Shown: one piece after another, positions 25,828 through 32,000 of the stretch
How positions within the stretch are numbered: the first letter of the stretch is position 1
Layout: every line of letters starts with the position of its first letter
Assembly (NCBI RefSeq): GCF_000015145.1
Contig: NC_008818.1
Coordinates: forward strand, 540,001 to 572,000
Reading direction: 5' to 3'
From: Hyperthermus butylicus DSM 5456
GTDB taxonomy: Archaea; Thermoproteota; Thermoprotei_A; Sulfolobales; Pyrodictiaceae
DNA: 32,000 bases
Translations under genes and position numbers: made by a program
Notes under the pieces: generated by a model
Told to the model about the DNA's origin: nothing
Databases searched by the model: none
Seen by the model: only the letters and a program-made list of their open reading frames with translations

Positions 25828-27096
25828 ATGCCGTATCTTCCAGCACTTGAAGCATGCGTATTGGGGGTTCTGGTGGAGGATATTCTGGAGGAGATATTTG
25901 AGCGTGTTGTGAAGTCGCGTATCTTCCGGAACAGGGACATACTGAGCCCCGACTATATACCCGATAGGCTGCCCCACCGTGAGAACGAGATACGCAAGGT
26001 TGCCAGTGTTCTGGCTCAGGCGTTGAAGGGTAGTAAGCCCAGCAACCTATTCATCTACGGGCTCACGGGGACGGGGAAGACAGCGGTAACCCTCTACGTG
26101 TTGCGGAGGCTTGAGGCTAAGGCTAGGCAGCTTGGTGTTCCCGTGAGATTCTCCTACGTGAACACCAGGCAGAGGGATACACCGTACAAGGTGCTGGCGG
26201 ACATAGCCTCCTCGATAGGCGTCCGTGTCCCGTTCACCGGGCTTTCAACTGCAGAGGTCTACGCTAGGATTGTCCGGGGATTGTCGAGGATGCAGGGTGT
26301 GCTCATCGTTGTGCTTGACGAGGTTGACTGGCTTGTCCGCCGTAGGGGCGACGACCTACTATACAAGCTGACGAGGATAGGCTATGAGTTGCCGCCTGGG
26401 GCCGCGAAGGTCTCAATAGTCGGGATAACGAACGATGTCCGGTTCGTAGAGTTGCTCGATGCACGTGTCCGGAGTAGCCTCGGGGAGGAGGAGATAGTGT
26501 TCCCGCCCTATAACGCTGAGCAGCTACGTGACATACTGTGGGAGAGAGCTAGGGAGGCCTTTCAGCCGGGCGCCGTAGACGACTCCGTGATATCCTACTG
26601 CGCAGCGCTGGCAGCTAGGGAGCATGGTGATGCACGCCGGGCCCTGGACCTCTTGAGGGTTGCGGGTGAGGTTGCTGAGAGGGAGAATGCCGATAAAGTC
26701 ACCATTGAGCATGTAAAGAAGGCTTGGAGCCAGCTTGAGAGGGATAGAGTGTTAGAGGTTGTCTCGACGCTGCCACTCCATGCCCGTCTAGTGCTCCTAG
26801 CTGCCATTGCGAGCGGTGCTGCGAACGGGTACACTACTACCGGCGAGCTATACGCGGCCTACCGGGAGCTGGCTTCAGCCGTGGGAGTGGAGAGCGTTAC
26901 ACAGCGGAGAGTTAGCGATATCATCAACGAGCTGGATATGCTAGGCATTCTCTCGGCAAGGGTTGTAAGCAGAGGCCGCTACGGCAAGACAAGAATCATA
27001 ACGCTTGCGGCTGACCGTGACACTGTACTGGAGGCGTTGAGGAGGGATTCAAGGCTTAGCGAGCTGGTTGAAAACTTACAAAACCCTAGAGGTTAG
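25828..27096 (+). CDS. cdc6: Orc1/Cdc6 replication initiator (AAA+ plus C-terminal winged helix)
   Basis: N-terminal SPDYIPDRLPHRENEI, Walker A GLTGTGKT, Walker B VVLDEVD, lid GDARRALDLLRVAG and a wH domain (TTGELYAAYRELASAVG...RRVSDIINELDMLGILSARVVSRGRYGKTR). The track ORF starts at 25744, but its first roughly 28 codons are Cys/Pro-rich and unlike Cdc6. ATG 25828, TTG 25861 or GTG 25873 are more likely starts. Confidence 0.93.
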   Translation: MPYLPALEACVLGVLVEDILEEIFERVVKSRIFRNRDILSPDYIPDRLPHRENEIRKVASVLAQALKGSKPSNLFIYGLTGTGKTAVTLYVLRRLEAKARQLGVPVRFSYVNTRQRDTPYKVLADIASSIGVRVPFTGLSTAEVYARIVRGLSRMQGVLIVVLDEVDWLVRRRGDDLLYKLTRIGYELPPGAAKVSIVGITNDVRFVELLDARVRSSLGEEEIVFPPYNAEQLRDILWERAREAFQPGAVDDSVISYCAALAAREHGDARRALDLLRVAGEVAERENADKVTIEHVKKAWSQLERDRVLEVVSTLPLHARLVLLAAIASGAANGYTTTGELYAAYRELASAVGVESVTQRRVSDIINELDMLGILSARVVSRGRYGKTRIITLAADRDTVLEALRRDSRLSELVENLQNPRG

Positions 27097-27863
27097 TGTG
27101 TAAGCCTCTGCAGCGCCTCCCCAAGGAGTGTCAGGCTCGGTATAGCTGCTAGCCTGGCCTCGGGCATGTAGACTGGCTCCCTGAGGCTCCGGTTAACCCA
27201 GACAGCCATCATGCCTGCCGAGAGAGCACCAGCAACATCCTCCGTTAGCTCGTCGCCGACATGGACAGCCTCTCCAGGATCTACATCCGCCTCCTTGCAC
27301 AGCTGGAGAAACGCTCTACGATCGGGCTTGTAGAGCCCAATCTCGTCTGCATAGAGCTGGAAGTCTATGAAGTGTTCAAGCCTGGCCTTCTCCAGCAATA
27401 GCCTTGTATAGCTGCCGGGCCAGAACAACACGTTGCCCAGAACAGCAACCTTCCCAGCAATCCTTGCAGCTGTTTCGAGAGCCTGGAGGGCTTCCGGGTA
27501 AACTATCTCCTCCACATGCTCTATAGCCCGTAGCAGTCCGATAGCGATGCCCCGCCGGACACGATCCAGCGGAGCATCAAGTGCCACAGCAAGCATTTCT
27601 TGAGACTCTAGCAGCGGATTGCCACCCTCACCCCTAAGCCTTGCCCTTTTAGCCTCTGCACGAGCCCTCTCAAAGGCTGTCCTCACAGCGCTAAGAGGCT
27701 TCCCAGTAGCCTCCGACAAGCCCTCAACAATAAATCCAGCAATTGCCTCAAAGCGTAGTAGCGTATTCCACACATCAAACGATACAAGCCTAATACCCGC
27801 CAAGGCCCTATCCAGCCCCCATAATCTAGCCAGGGGCTGGGAGAATACGAGGCTATCTCCCAT
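27093..27863 (-). CDS. HAD-superfamily hydrolase
   Basis: 256 aa. Motif I VSFDVWNTLL and motif IV VHVGDELTEDVAGALSAGM. Its stop interlocks with the cdc6 stop (TTAG at 27093-27096). Confidence 0.85.
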   Translation of the reverse strand: MGDSLVFSQPLARLWGLDRALAGIRLVSFDVWNTLLRFEAIAGFIVEGLSEATGKPLSAVRTAFERARAEAKRARLRGEGGNPLLESQEMLAVALDAPLDRVRRGIAIGLLRAIEHVEEIVYPEALQALETAARIAGKVAVLGNVLFWPGSYTRLLLEKARLEHFIDFQLYADEIGLYKPDRRAFLQLCKEADVDPGEAVHVGDELTEDVAGALSAGMMAVWVNRSLREPVYMPEARLAAIPSLTLLGEALQRLTH

Positions 27864-28060
27864 AGCTGATTACCAAGATAAGCTCTGTAAGCCTATGCAC
27901 CGTGGGATGTGTTAGGCCTAGAAACTGATTGCGTGAACGACAGCCTTGTAGCCATACACACAGCGCTATGATGTTTGATACTGAATTAATACTATTTTAT
28001 GCCCTATAGTATCTGTATGGCAACCTGCATCTCGCTCCATGATTTACACGACGTGGTGAT

Positions 28061-28570
28061 ATGGAGTTGGAGATTAGGCTTCAGCCTATTGGTGTGGTTC
28101 GTGTTGATGCTAGTGACGAGGAGGTGAAGAAGGCTTTACATGGCGTTGAAGGGGTTATAGAGGTTTTCCCGGAGTATGAGGCAGGGCTGAATGGTATTGA
28201 AGGGTTTTCCCACATAATAGTTATAGCGTACCTACACAAAGTCACGGATGAGCAGAGGAGTGTCCTCCGGGTGCGACACCGTAGGCTTGAAAGGCTAGGT
28301 GTCGACCTTACCGGTATACCTGAGGTTGGCGTCTTCTGCACAGACTCGCCGCACCGGCCCAACCCTATAGCATTGAGTATAGTCGAACTAGTCGAGAGGA
28401 AGGGTAGGTTCCTAAGGGTACGAGGTCTAGACCTCTTCGATGGTACACCTGTATTGGACATTAAGGGATACGATAGGACGAGGTGTATTAGGGAGATTAG
28501 GGTTCCCTGGTGGCTTGAAGAGCTCGAGAAAAGGGTTGGACGAGTACTGGGTGAGCCAAGCTTTCTCTGA
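28061..28570 (+). CDS. trmO: TrmO/TsaA-family tRNA methyltransferase (YaeB-like)
   Basis: 169 aa. Matches include LQPIGVVRVD, GIEGFSHIIVIAYLH, RPNPIALSIVELV and LDLFDGTPVLDIKGY. Confidence 0.85.
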   Translation: MELEIRLQPIGVVRVDASDEEVKKALHGVEGVIEVFPEYEAGLNGIEGFSHIIVIAYLHKVTDEQRSVLRVRHRRLERLGVDLTGIPEVGVFCTDSPHRPNPIALSIVELVERKGRFLRVRGLDLFDGTPVLDIKGYDRTRCIREIRVPWWLEELEKRVGRVLGEPSFL

Positions 28571-29165
28571 AGAATGGTTTGCCGGATGCAACTTTGCAAT
28601 GCAACCCCCATGGCTGTAATGAATCCAGGTTGGCACCCGGATCCCTACCCGGTGCCTAGCTACAACAAGTGTTGAGCTCGAACAGCGAGTTTATGAAGAA
28701 GCCTATTGTGCTGTCAAAAATAGGAGCCTATCTTTCTCCACTCCTACCCACTCCATTCTAGGAACCAAGAGATCAAACCATTCCAGCTGATGTAGATATC
28801 CAAGCATCTAGGCTATCGGTTATTATACCACCTATCATTATGAGCATGAATGTTGTAGGCAAACCTGTTTGAAGTGTGGAGTCTTGGGATCTAGCGTGTA
28901 TACAGCCATAGCCAGGAAGGTAATCATCATCATAAGCTTCGTATAGAATAGTTGTTCCCTGGATTCCATCTCATGGATCTTAATAACTGTGTTGTTGGAT
29001 GGGTGTCCGTTGACGTAGACAGGGAATCGCTGTAAACAGGACAAGCCACATAGATAGTGCAGTAGCTAAGCCCAGGTGGCTCAATACTTCTCCCTTGCAA
29101 GTCGATTTCATGCGTAGGGTGCAGCATTCCTGATTGGATGGGTGCACCTAGGCGTTTAAGACAAG

Positions 29166-29220
29166 TGTTCTGTGCAACTGCACAAAACTATATGAGGCCC
29201 TTCTGTGCAGTTGCACAGAA
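29166..29220. promoter_or_regulatory. Promoter bracketed by two 20-bp palindromic operators
   Basis: Site B is TTCTGTGCA-GT-TGCACAGAA (29200-29219), a perfect 9-bp-arm palindrome. Site A is TTCTGTGCA-AC-TGCACAAAA (29167-29186), with one arm mismatch. 29166-29183 is the exact reverse complement of 29203-29220. The centres are 33 bp apart. An A-rich BRE-like stretch plus CTATATGA (29181-29194) lies between them. The ATG is at 29234. Confidence 0.6.
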
Positions 29221-29233
29221 CTAGTGGGAAGCT

Positions 29234-29479
29234 ATGGTGTGGTGGGGTCCCCGGCTAGGCTGGGGCCGTGGTTGGTGCTGGTGGTGGCGGGGTCCATGGC
29301 CAGGTAAGGGGCCGTTTAGCCATCTGCCGCCATGGCTGCGGCCTGGCTGGTTAATGGGCTGGTGGTGGCGCTGGCTAGCAGCCTGGCCAATGCCGTGGCT
29401 CTACTACAGCTACTACGGCTACTGGCAGTCAGCATCCTGGCCACACAGCTACCCCGTGTACCCCTGGCCCTGGTGGTAG
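29234..29479 (+). CDS. Trp-rich low-complexity small protein (ORF A)
   Basis: 81 aa with 21 Trp by my count: MVWWGPRLGWGRGWCWWWRGPWPGKGPF...YPWPWW. The ATG is 14 nt after operator B. It shares the GWGRG motif with ORF C using different codons. The frame is uncertain because the locus is open in several frames. Confidence 0.4.
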   Translation: MVWWGPRLGWGRGWCWWWRGPWPGKGPFSHLPPWLRPGWLMGWWWRWLAAWPMPWLYYSYYGYWQSASWPHSYPVYPWPWW

Positions 29480-29482
29480 GCC

Positions 29483-29716
29483 ATGATCTCTCAGCTATAC
29501 CCTCCATATATGCCACTGCCATGCTGGCCACCAGCACTGCTTGCGCCGCCATACCCATACCCCTATGATCCAGCAGCGCTGCTCTACGCTGCTAGCTGCA
29601 TGCTGGTAGCACCATACTACTACGCAGCAGTAATAGAGGCGTATAGGGCGGTAATCGATGCCTGGAGGAGGGCCCTGGAGACACTTGCAGCGGGGTTGGG
29701 GCAGAGGCAAGGGTAG
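29483..29716 (+). CDS. Pro/Tyr-rich small protein with a C-terminal helix (ORF B)
   Basis: 77 aa: LYPPYMPLPCWPP...APPYPYPYDP, then AAVIEAYRAVIDAWRRALETLAAGL. It starts with stop-GCC-ATG spacing after ORF A, the same spacing used in the exosome operon. It shares the PYPY motif with ORF C. Confidence 0.4.
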   Translation: MISQLYPPYMPLPCWPPALLAPPYPYPYDPAALLYAASCMLVAPYYYAAVIEAYRAVIDAWRRALETLAAGLGQRQG

Positions 29717-30146
29717 AGGAGGCGGTGGAGCCCCCTGGTGGGTCCAAGAGGGTTTAGCCGAACACTTACAGCCCCCAAGCCATGGTAGGGGATGGGGGAG
29801 AGGTTCGGGAGCCATGTTTGGCTACTGGTATAGGTGGATGAGGCGGCTTGTGTACTACGCGCCACCACCCCCGCCGCCCCCACCGCTACCGCTGCAGCAA
29901 CAGCAGAGCCAGCAGCAACAATACCCCTACCAGTACCCTCCATACCCATACTATCCGCCGATACCACCATACCCGTACTATATGCCACCAATCCCACAGA
30001 GTCCCGAGGAAGAGCTGGAGATGCTAGAGGAGTACAAGAAGATGTTAGAGGAGGACCTCAAGGAGCTACAGGAGGAGCTGAAAAGCGTCGAGGAACGAAT
30101 ACGGGAGCTAAGAGAGATAATTAGGCATAGAAGCAGCAAAGCATAG
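29658..30146 (+). CDS. Gly/Arg/Trp- and Pro/Tyr/Gln-rich protein with a C-terminal coiled coil (DUF5320-like architecture)
   Basis: 162 aa: MPGGGPWRHLQRGWGRGKGRGGGGAPWW...GRGWGRGSG...PPPPPPPPLPLQQQQSQQQQYPYQYPPYPYYPPIPPYPYYMPPIP, then SPEEELEMLEEYKKMLEEDLKELQEELKSVEERIRELREI. The coiled-coil tail is clearly protein-like. The family resemblance is from memory. Confidence 0.6.
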   Translation: MPGGGPWRHLQRGWGRGKGRGGGGAPWWVQEGLAEHLQPPSHGRGWGRGSGAMFGYWYRWMRRLVYYAPPPPPPPPLPLQQQQSQQQQYPYQYPPYPYYPPIPPYPYYMPPIPQSPEEELEMLEEYKKMLEEDLKELQEELKSVEERIRELREIIRHRSSKA

Positions 30147-30171
30147 CATAAGGAAACGCTTAACTATAGTA

Positions 30172-30176
30172 TTTTT
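30172..30176 (+). terminator. T5 tract after the aromatic-rich operon
   Basis: TTTTT lies about 26 nt after the ORF C stop (30144-30146). Confidence 0.35.
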
Positions 30177-30684
30177 CGCTCGTGTAATCCTAGTAACAAT
30201 GCAAGCTCGTCCCTTCTATATCAGCCCGGCTATCCCAACCCTAACCCATATCTTCGTATCTTCTTACCAAGTGTTCTACATTCTCTATATCATCTGTTGT
30301 ATGTTCCCCATGGGCCATCCCTCGTAGAAGAGCATGGTTGTGGTAAGCTAGGAGATTGGTGTAGGAGGGTCGGAAAAGAGCTTGTGGCTGCAGCTCCTGG
30401 CTTGGGCTGAATGTGATAGTGGTTGAGGTTGACGGGAGTGTGAGGCTTGCTGGGGCATTGCGATGCCAGGGGATATAGTCAGTGTTGATGGTATGGTGAC
30501 ATAGTCCCTAGAGCCGGGGCTGCCGTTGTCTCGGCAGCCTTGGCGATCTTCCTGACTCTCTAGACCTTCGGGCAACAGTTTGTGCTTGTAGGTATAAGTT
30601 TCGTGGATGTATTGTGTGCCTTCGGTTTCTGTCGCCAAGCTTATCTTATACGGTTGATGTGTACAGGGCTGCATGGGTGCTTAG

Positions 30685-31983
30685 ATGGTCTCGGAGGCAC
30701 TGTCGCTACTGGTATTCCTAGCAACTATTGTCGCGATAAATGCCAGGATTATCGATGAAACGGTTGTCGCTCTAGTCGGGCTTACAGCGATGGTCGTGCT
30801 GGCGGGTTATCGGCCGGATGACGCCTTTCACGCTGTGGACTGGAATGTTATAATGATACTGCTCGGTATGTGGATGATAACAGCCTACCTTAACCGTGCA
30901 GGGTTTTCGGAGGCTGTAGTACGTTTCGTCTCTAGGAGGGTTAGGGACTACCGTCTATTCCTGGTATATCTCATGCTCATAGCTGGCTTTATATCGATGT
31001 TCGTCGATAATGTGCTTGTAATCCTCCTCCTAGGCTCAATGGTCATAGAGGCTGCTCGGAGGAATGGGGCGAACATAGGCCTAGCGGTACTCATGATAGG
31101 GTTCTCTGCGAACTTCATGGGTACAGCCTTGTTGATGGGTGATTTGCCGCCTCAGCTTCTCCACAGTGTGGCAGGTGCAGAATTCCTAGACTTCATATGG
31201 AGCCGTGGCAAGCCTAGCAGCTTCCCACTACTCACGATTACATTCCTCGCTGTAACTGGGTTGATGTACTTCCTCTTCATAAGGCGTGAACCTTCGATGC
31301 TCCAGCTGCCAGAGACTAGTAGCAGTGGAGTGGGGGCTGATCGGAGGCTTCTAAACATCTCGGTATTCTTCTTCGCGGCAACCGTAGCCGCTATGGCTCT
31401 AAGGCCCTTGCTCGGCGTGCCCCTGGGCTTCATAACCATTGCTGGTGCCTCGCTGCTAGCACTAACTGTTGAGGTTTGGAGACGGCTAGGAGGCAGAGTA
31501 CCGTCCTTTGAGGAGATTATCGGCGATGTGGAGTGGCGTGCGCTAATGTTCTACGCGCTCCTATTCAGCCTCGTAGGCGGGCTCGAGGAGTCCGGTGTGC
31601 TGCGGCGAGCTGCCGAGCACCTACAACCCTACGTTCAGGCCGGCGGCGTAGCCGCCTATACGGTGTTCTACTGGGTCACCGGGCTTCTATCAACGATGAT
31701 TGAGCATGATGCTCTTCTTCTCACATTCCTCTACATAGTCCGTAATGCTGCAAACCTCGCGGGGGTCGATGCGTGGCCCCTCTACTGGGCCATGGCGTGG
31801 GCTGCAACTCTAGGCAGCAACGCGACGATAGTAGCAGCCCCAGCACTATACGTTGCAGTAACCATGGCCGAGAAGGCGGGCCACAGAATATCACCCAGAG
31901 AGTTCCTACGCTACTCCCTCACATACGCTACAGCCTCGCTAGTCATACACTACCTCCTAACACTACCGCTCTGGGGCACCTAG
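30685..31983 (+). CDS. ArsB/NhaD-superfamily anion/ion permease
   Basis: 432 aa, polytopic. The N-terminal pattern (LLVFLATIVAINARIIDETVVALVGLTAMVVLAGY...VDWNVIMILLGMWMI) and the C-terminal half (LGSNATIVAAPALYVAV) are typical of ArsB/NhaD/CitMHS-type permeases. Confidence 0.8.
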   Translation: MVSEALSLLVFLATIVAINARIIDETVVALVGLTAMVVLAGYRPDDAFHAVDWNVIMILLGMWMITAYLNRAGFSEAVVRFVSRRVRDYRLFLVYLMLIAGFISMFVDNVLVILLLGSMVIEAARRNGANIGLAVLMIGFSANFMGTALLMGDLPPQLLHSVAGAEFLDFIWSRGKPSSFPLLTITFLAVTGLMYFLFIRREPSMLQLPETSSSGVGADRRLLNISVFFFAATVAAMALRPLLGVPLGFITIAGASLLALTVEVWRRLGGRVPSFEEIIGDVEWRALMFYALLFSLVGGLEESGVLRRAAEHLQPYVQAGGVAAYTVFYWVTGLLSTMIEHDALLLTFLYIVRNAANLAGVDAWPLYWAMAWAATLGSNATIVAAPALYVAVTMAEKAGHRISPREFLRYSLTYATASLVIHYLLTLPLWGT

Positions 31984-32000
31984 AGGCAGACACGAAGGGC

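Noticed and set aside
28081-28611. 176-aa minus-strand ORF
   Set aside because: It lies fully antisense to the well-supported trmO gene and is Ser/Thr/Arg/Leu-rich junk. The other long antisense ORFs are treated as spurious for the same reason. Examples are 12942-13361, 12531-12866, 5931-6335, 2028-2327, 14392-14712, 16942-17271, 19232-19549 and 22786-23061.
29332-29568. Alternative-frame 78-aa Ala/Leu/Val-rich ORF overlapping ORFs A and B, which could be a small membrane protein
   Set aside because: It is the expected shadow frame of a TGG/GGC-rich sequence (GCTGGTGG reads as LV/AG/WW in the three frames). It has no start near the promoter. It also does not explain the GWGRG and PYPY motifs shared with ORF C using different codons. 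I cannot exclude it without comparative data.
29234-29716. ORF A and ORF B as a single protein made by TAG read-through. They are in the same frame, separated only by TAG-GCC.
   Set aside because: The shared frame follows automatically from the stop-NNN-ATG spacing. The same spacing is used at three ordinary gene junctions in the exosome operon. I therefore treat them as two coupled genes. A recent split of a C-like ancestor remains possible, but there is no evidence for programmed read-through.
30348-30674. 108-aa minus-strand ORF upstream of the permease gene, and an 8-bp perfect hairpin GGCTGCCG-TTGTCT-CGGCAGCC at 30518-30539
   Set aside because: The ORF has odd composition (Q/P/S/H-rich), no motif, and sits in strongly G+T-skewed DNA. 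The hairpin is real but isolated. It has no T-tract and no obvious association, so it is too little to call a feature.
1-32000. tRNA, rRNA and CRISPR arrays
   Set aside because: I scanned for T-loop-type GGTTCRAATCC or its complement, for rRNA-like blocks and for regularly spaced direct repeats. I saw none.

Overview
This window looks like a compact, moderately GC-rich chromosome segment from a hyperthermophilic crenarchaeon. My guess is a Desulfurococcales/Pyrodictiaceae-like organism, based on gene content, TTG/GTG starts, frequent ATA/AGG codons and very tight gene spacing. Most of it is housekeeping.

**Main gene content**
- 786-6360 (+): the classic archaeal exosome/proteasome superoperon. 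Order is psmA, SBDS, rrp4, rrp41, rrp42, L37Ae, Brix/Imp4, Pcc1, prefoldin beta. A small conserved ORF and a DHH phosphoesterase follow.
- After that: an MFS transporter, a convergent NurA-like/HerA-like pair, an RlmI-like methyltransferase, an HhH-GPD DNA glycosylase, an AIM24-family protein, a KaiC/RecA-like ATPase and a CDF-like transporter.
- Further on: a double hot-dog acyl-CoA thioesterase, a ThiS/TtuB-like Gly-Gly sulfur carrier coupled to a TtuA/Ncs6 PP-loop thiolase, and gatA.
- At the right end: orc1/cdc6, a HAD hydrolase, trmO and an ArsB/NhaD permease.

I found no rRNA, tRNA, CRISPR array or intact mobile element.

**Most unusual loci**
1. 29166-30146: a small operon of extremely aromatic, low-complexity proteins. 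One is about a quarter Trp. They carry GWGRG and PYPY motifs and a DUF5320-like coiled-coil tail. The operon sits behind a promoter bracketed by two 20-bp palindromes.
2. 9619-12431: an orphan, tail-to-tail NurA/HerA-like pair with no mre11/rad50 nearby.
3. About 400-715: a GC-rich, stem-dense non-coding stretch upstream of psmA, with a candidate C/D-box sRNA.
4. 23777-25743: about 2 kb of stop-riddled, gene-poor DNA directly upstream of orc1/cdc6.
5. 21019-21786: a 0.77-kb non-coding spacer.

All functional calls come from motif recognition by eye. No database search was possible.
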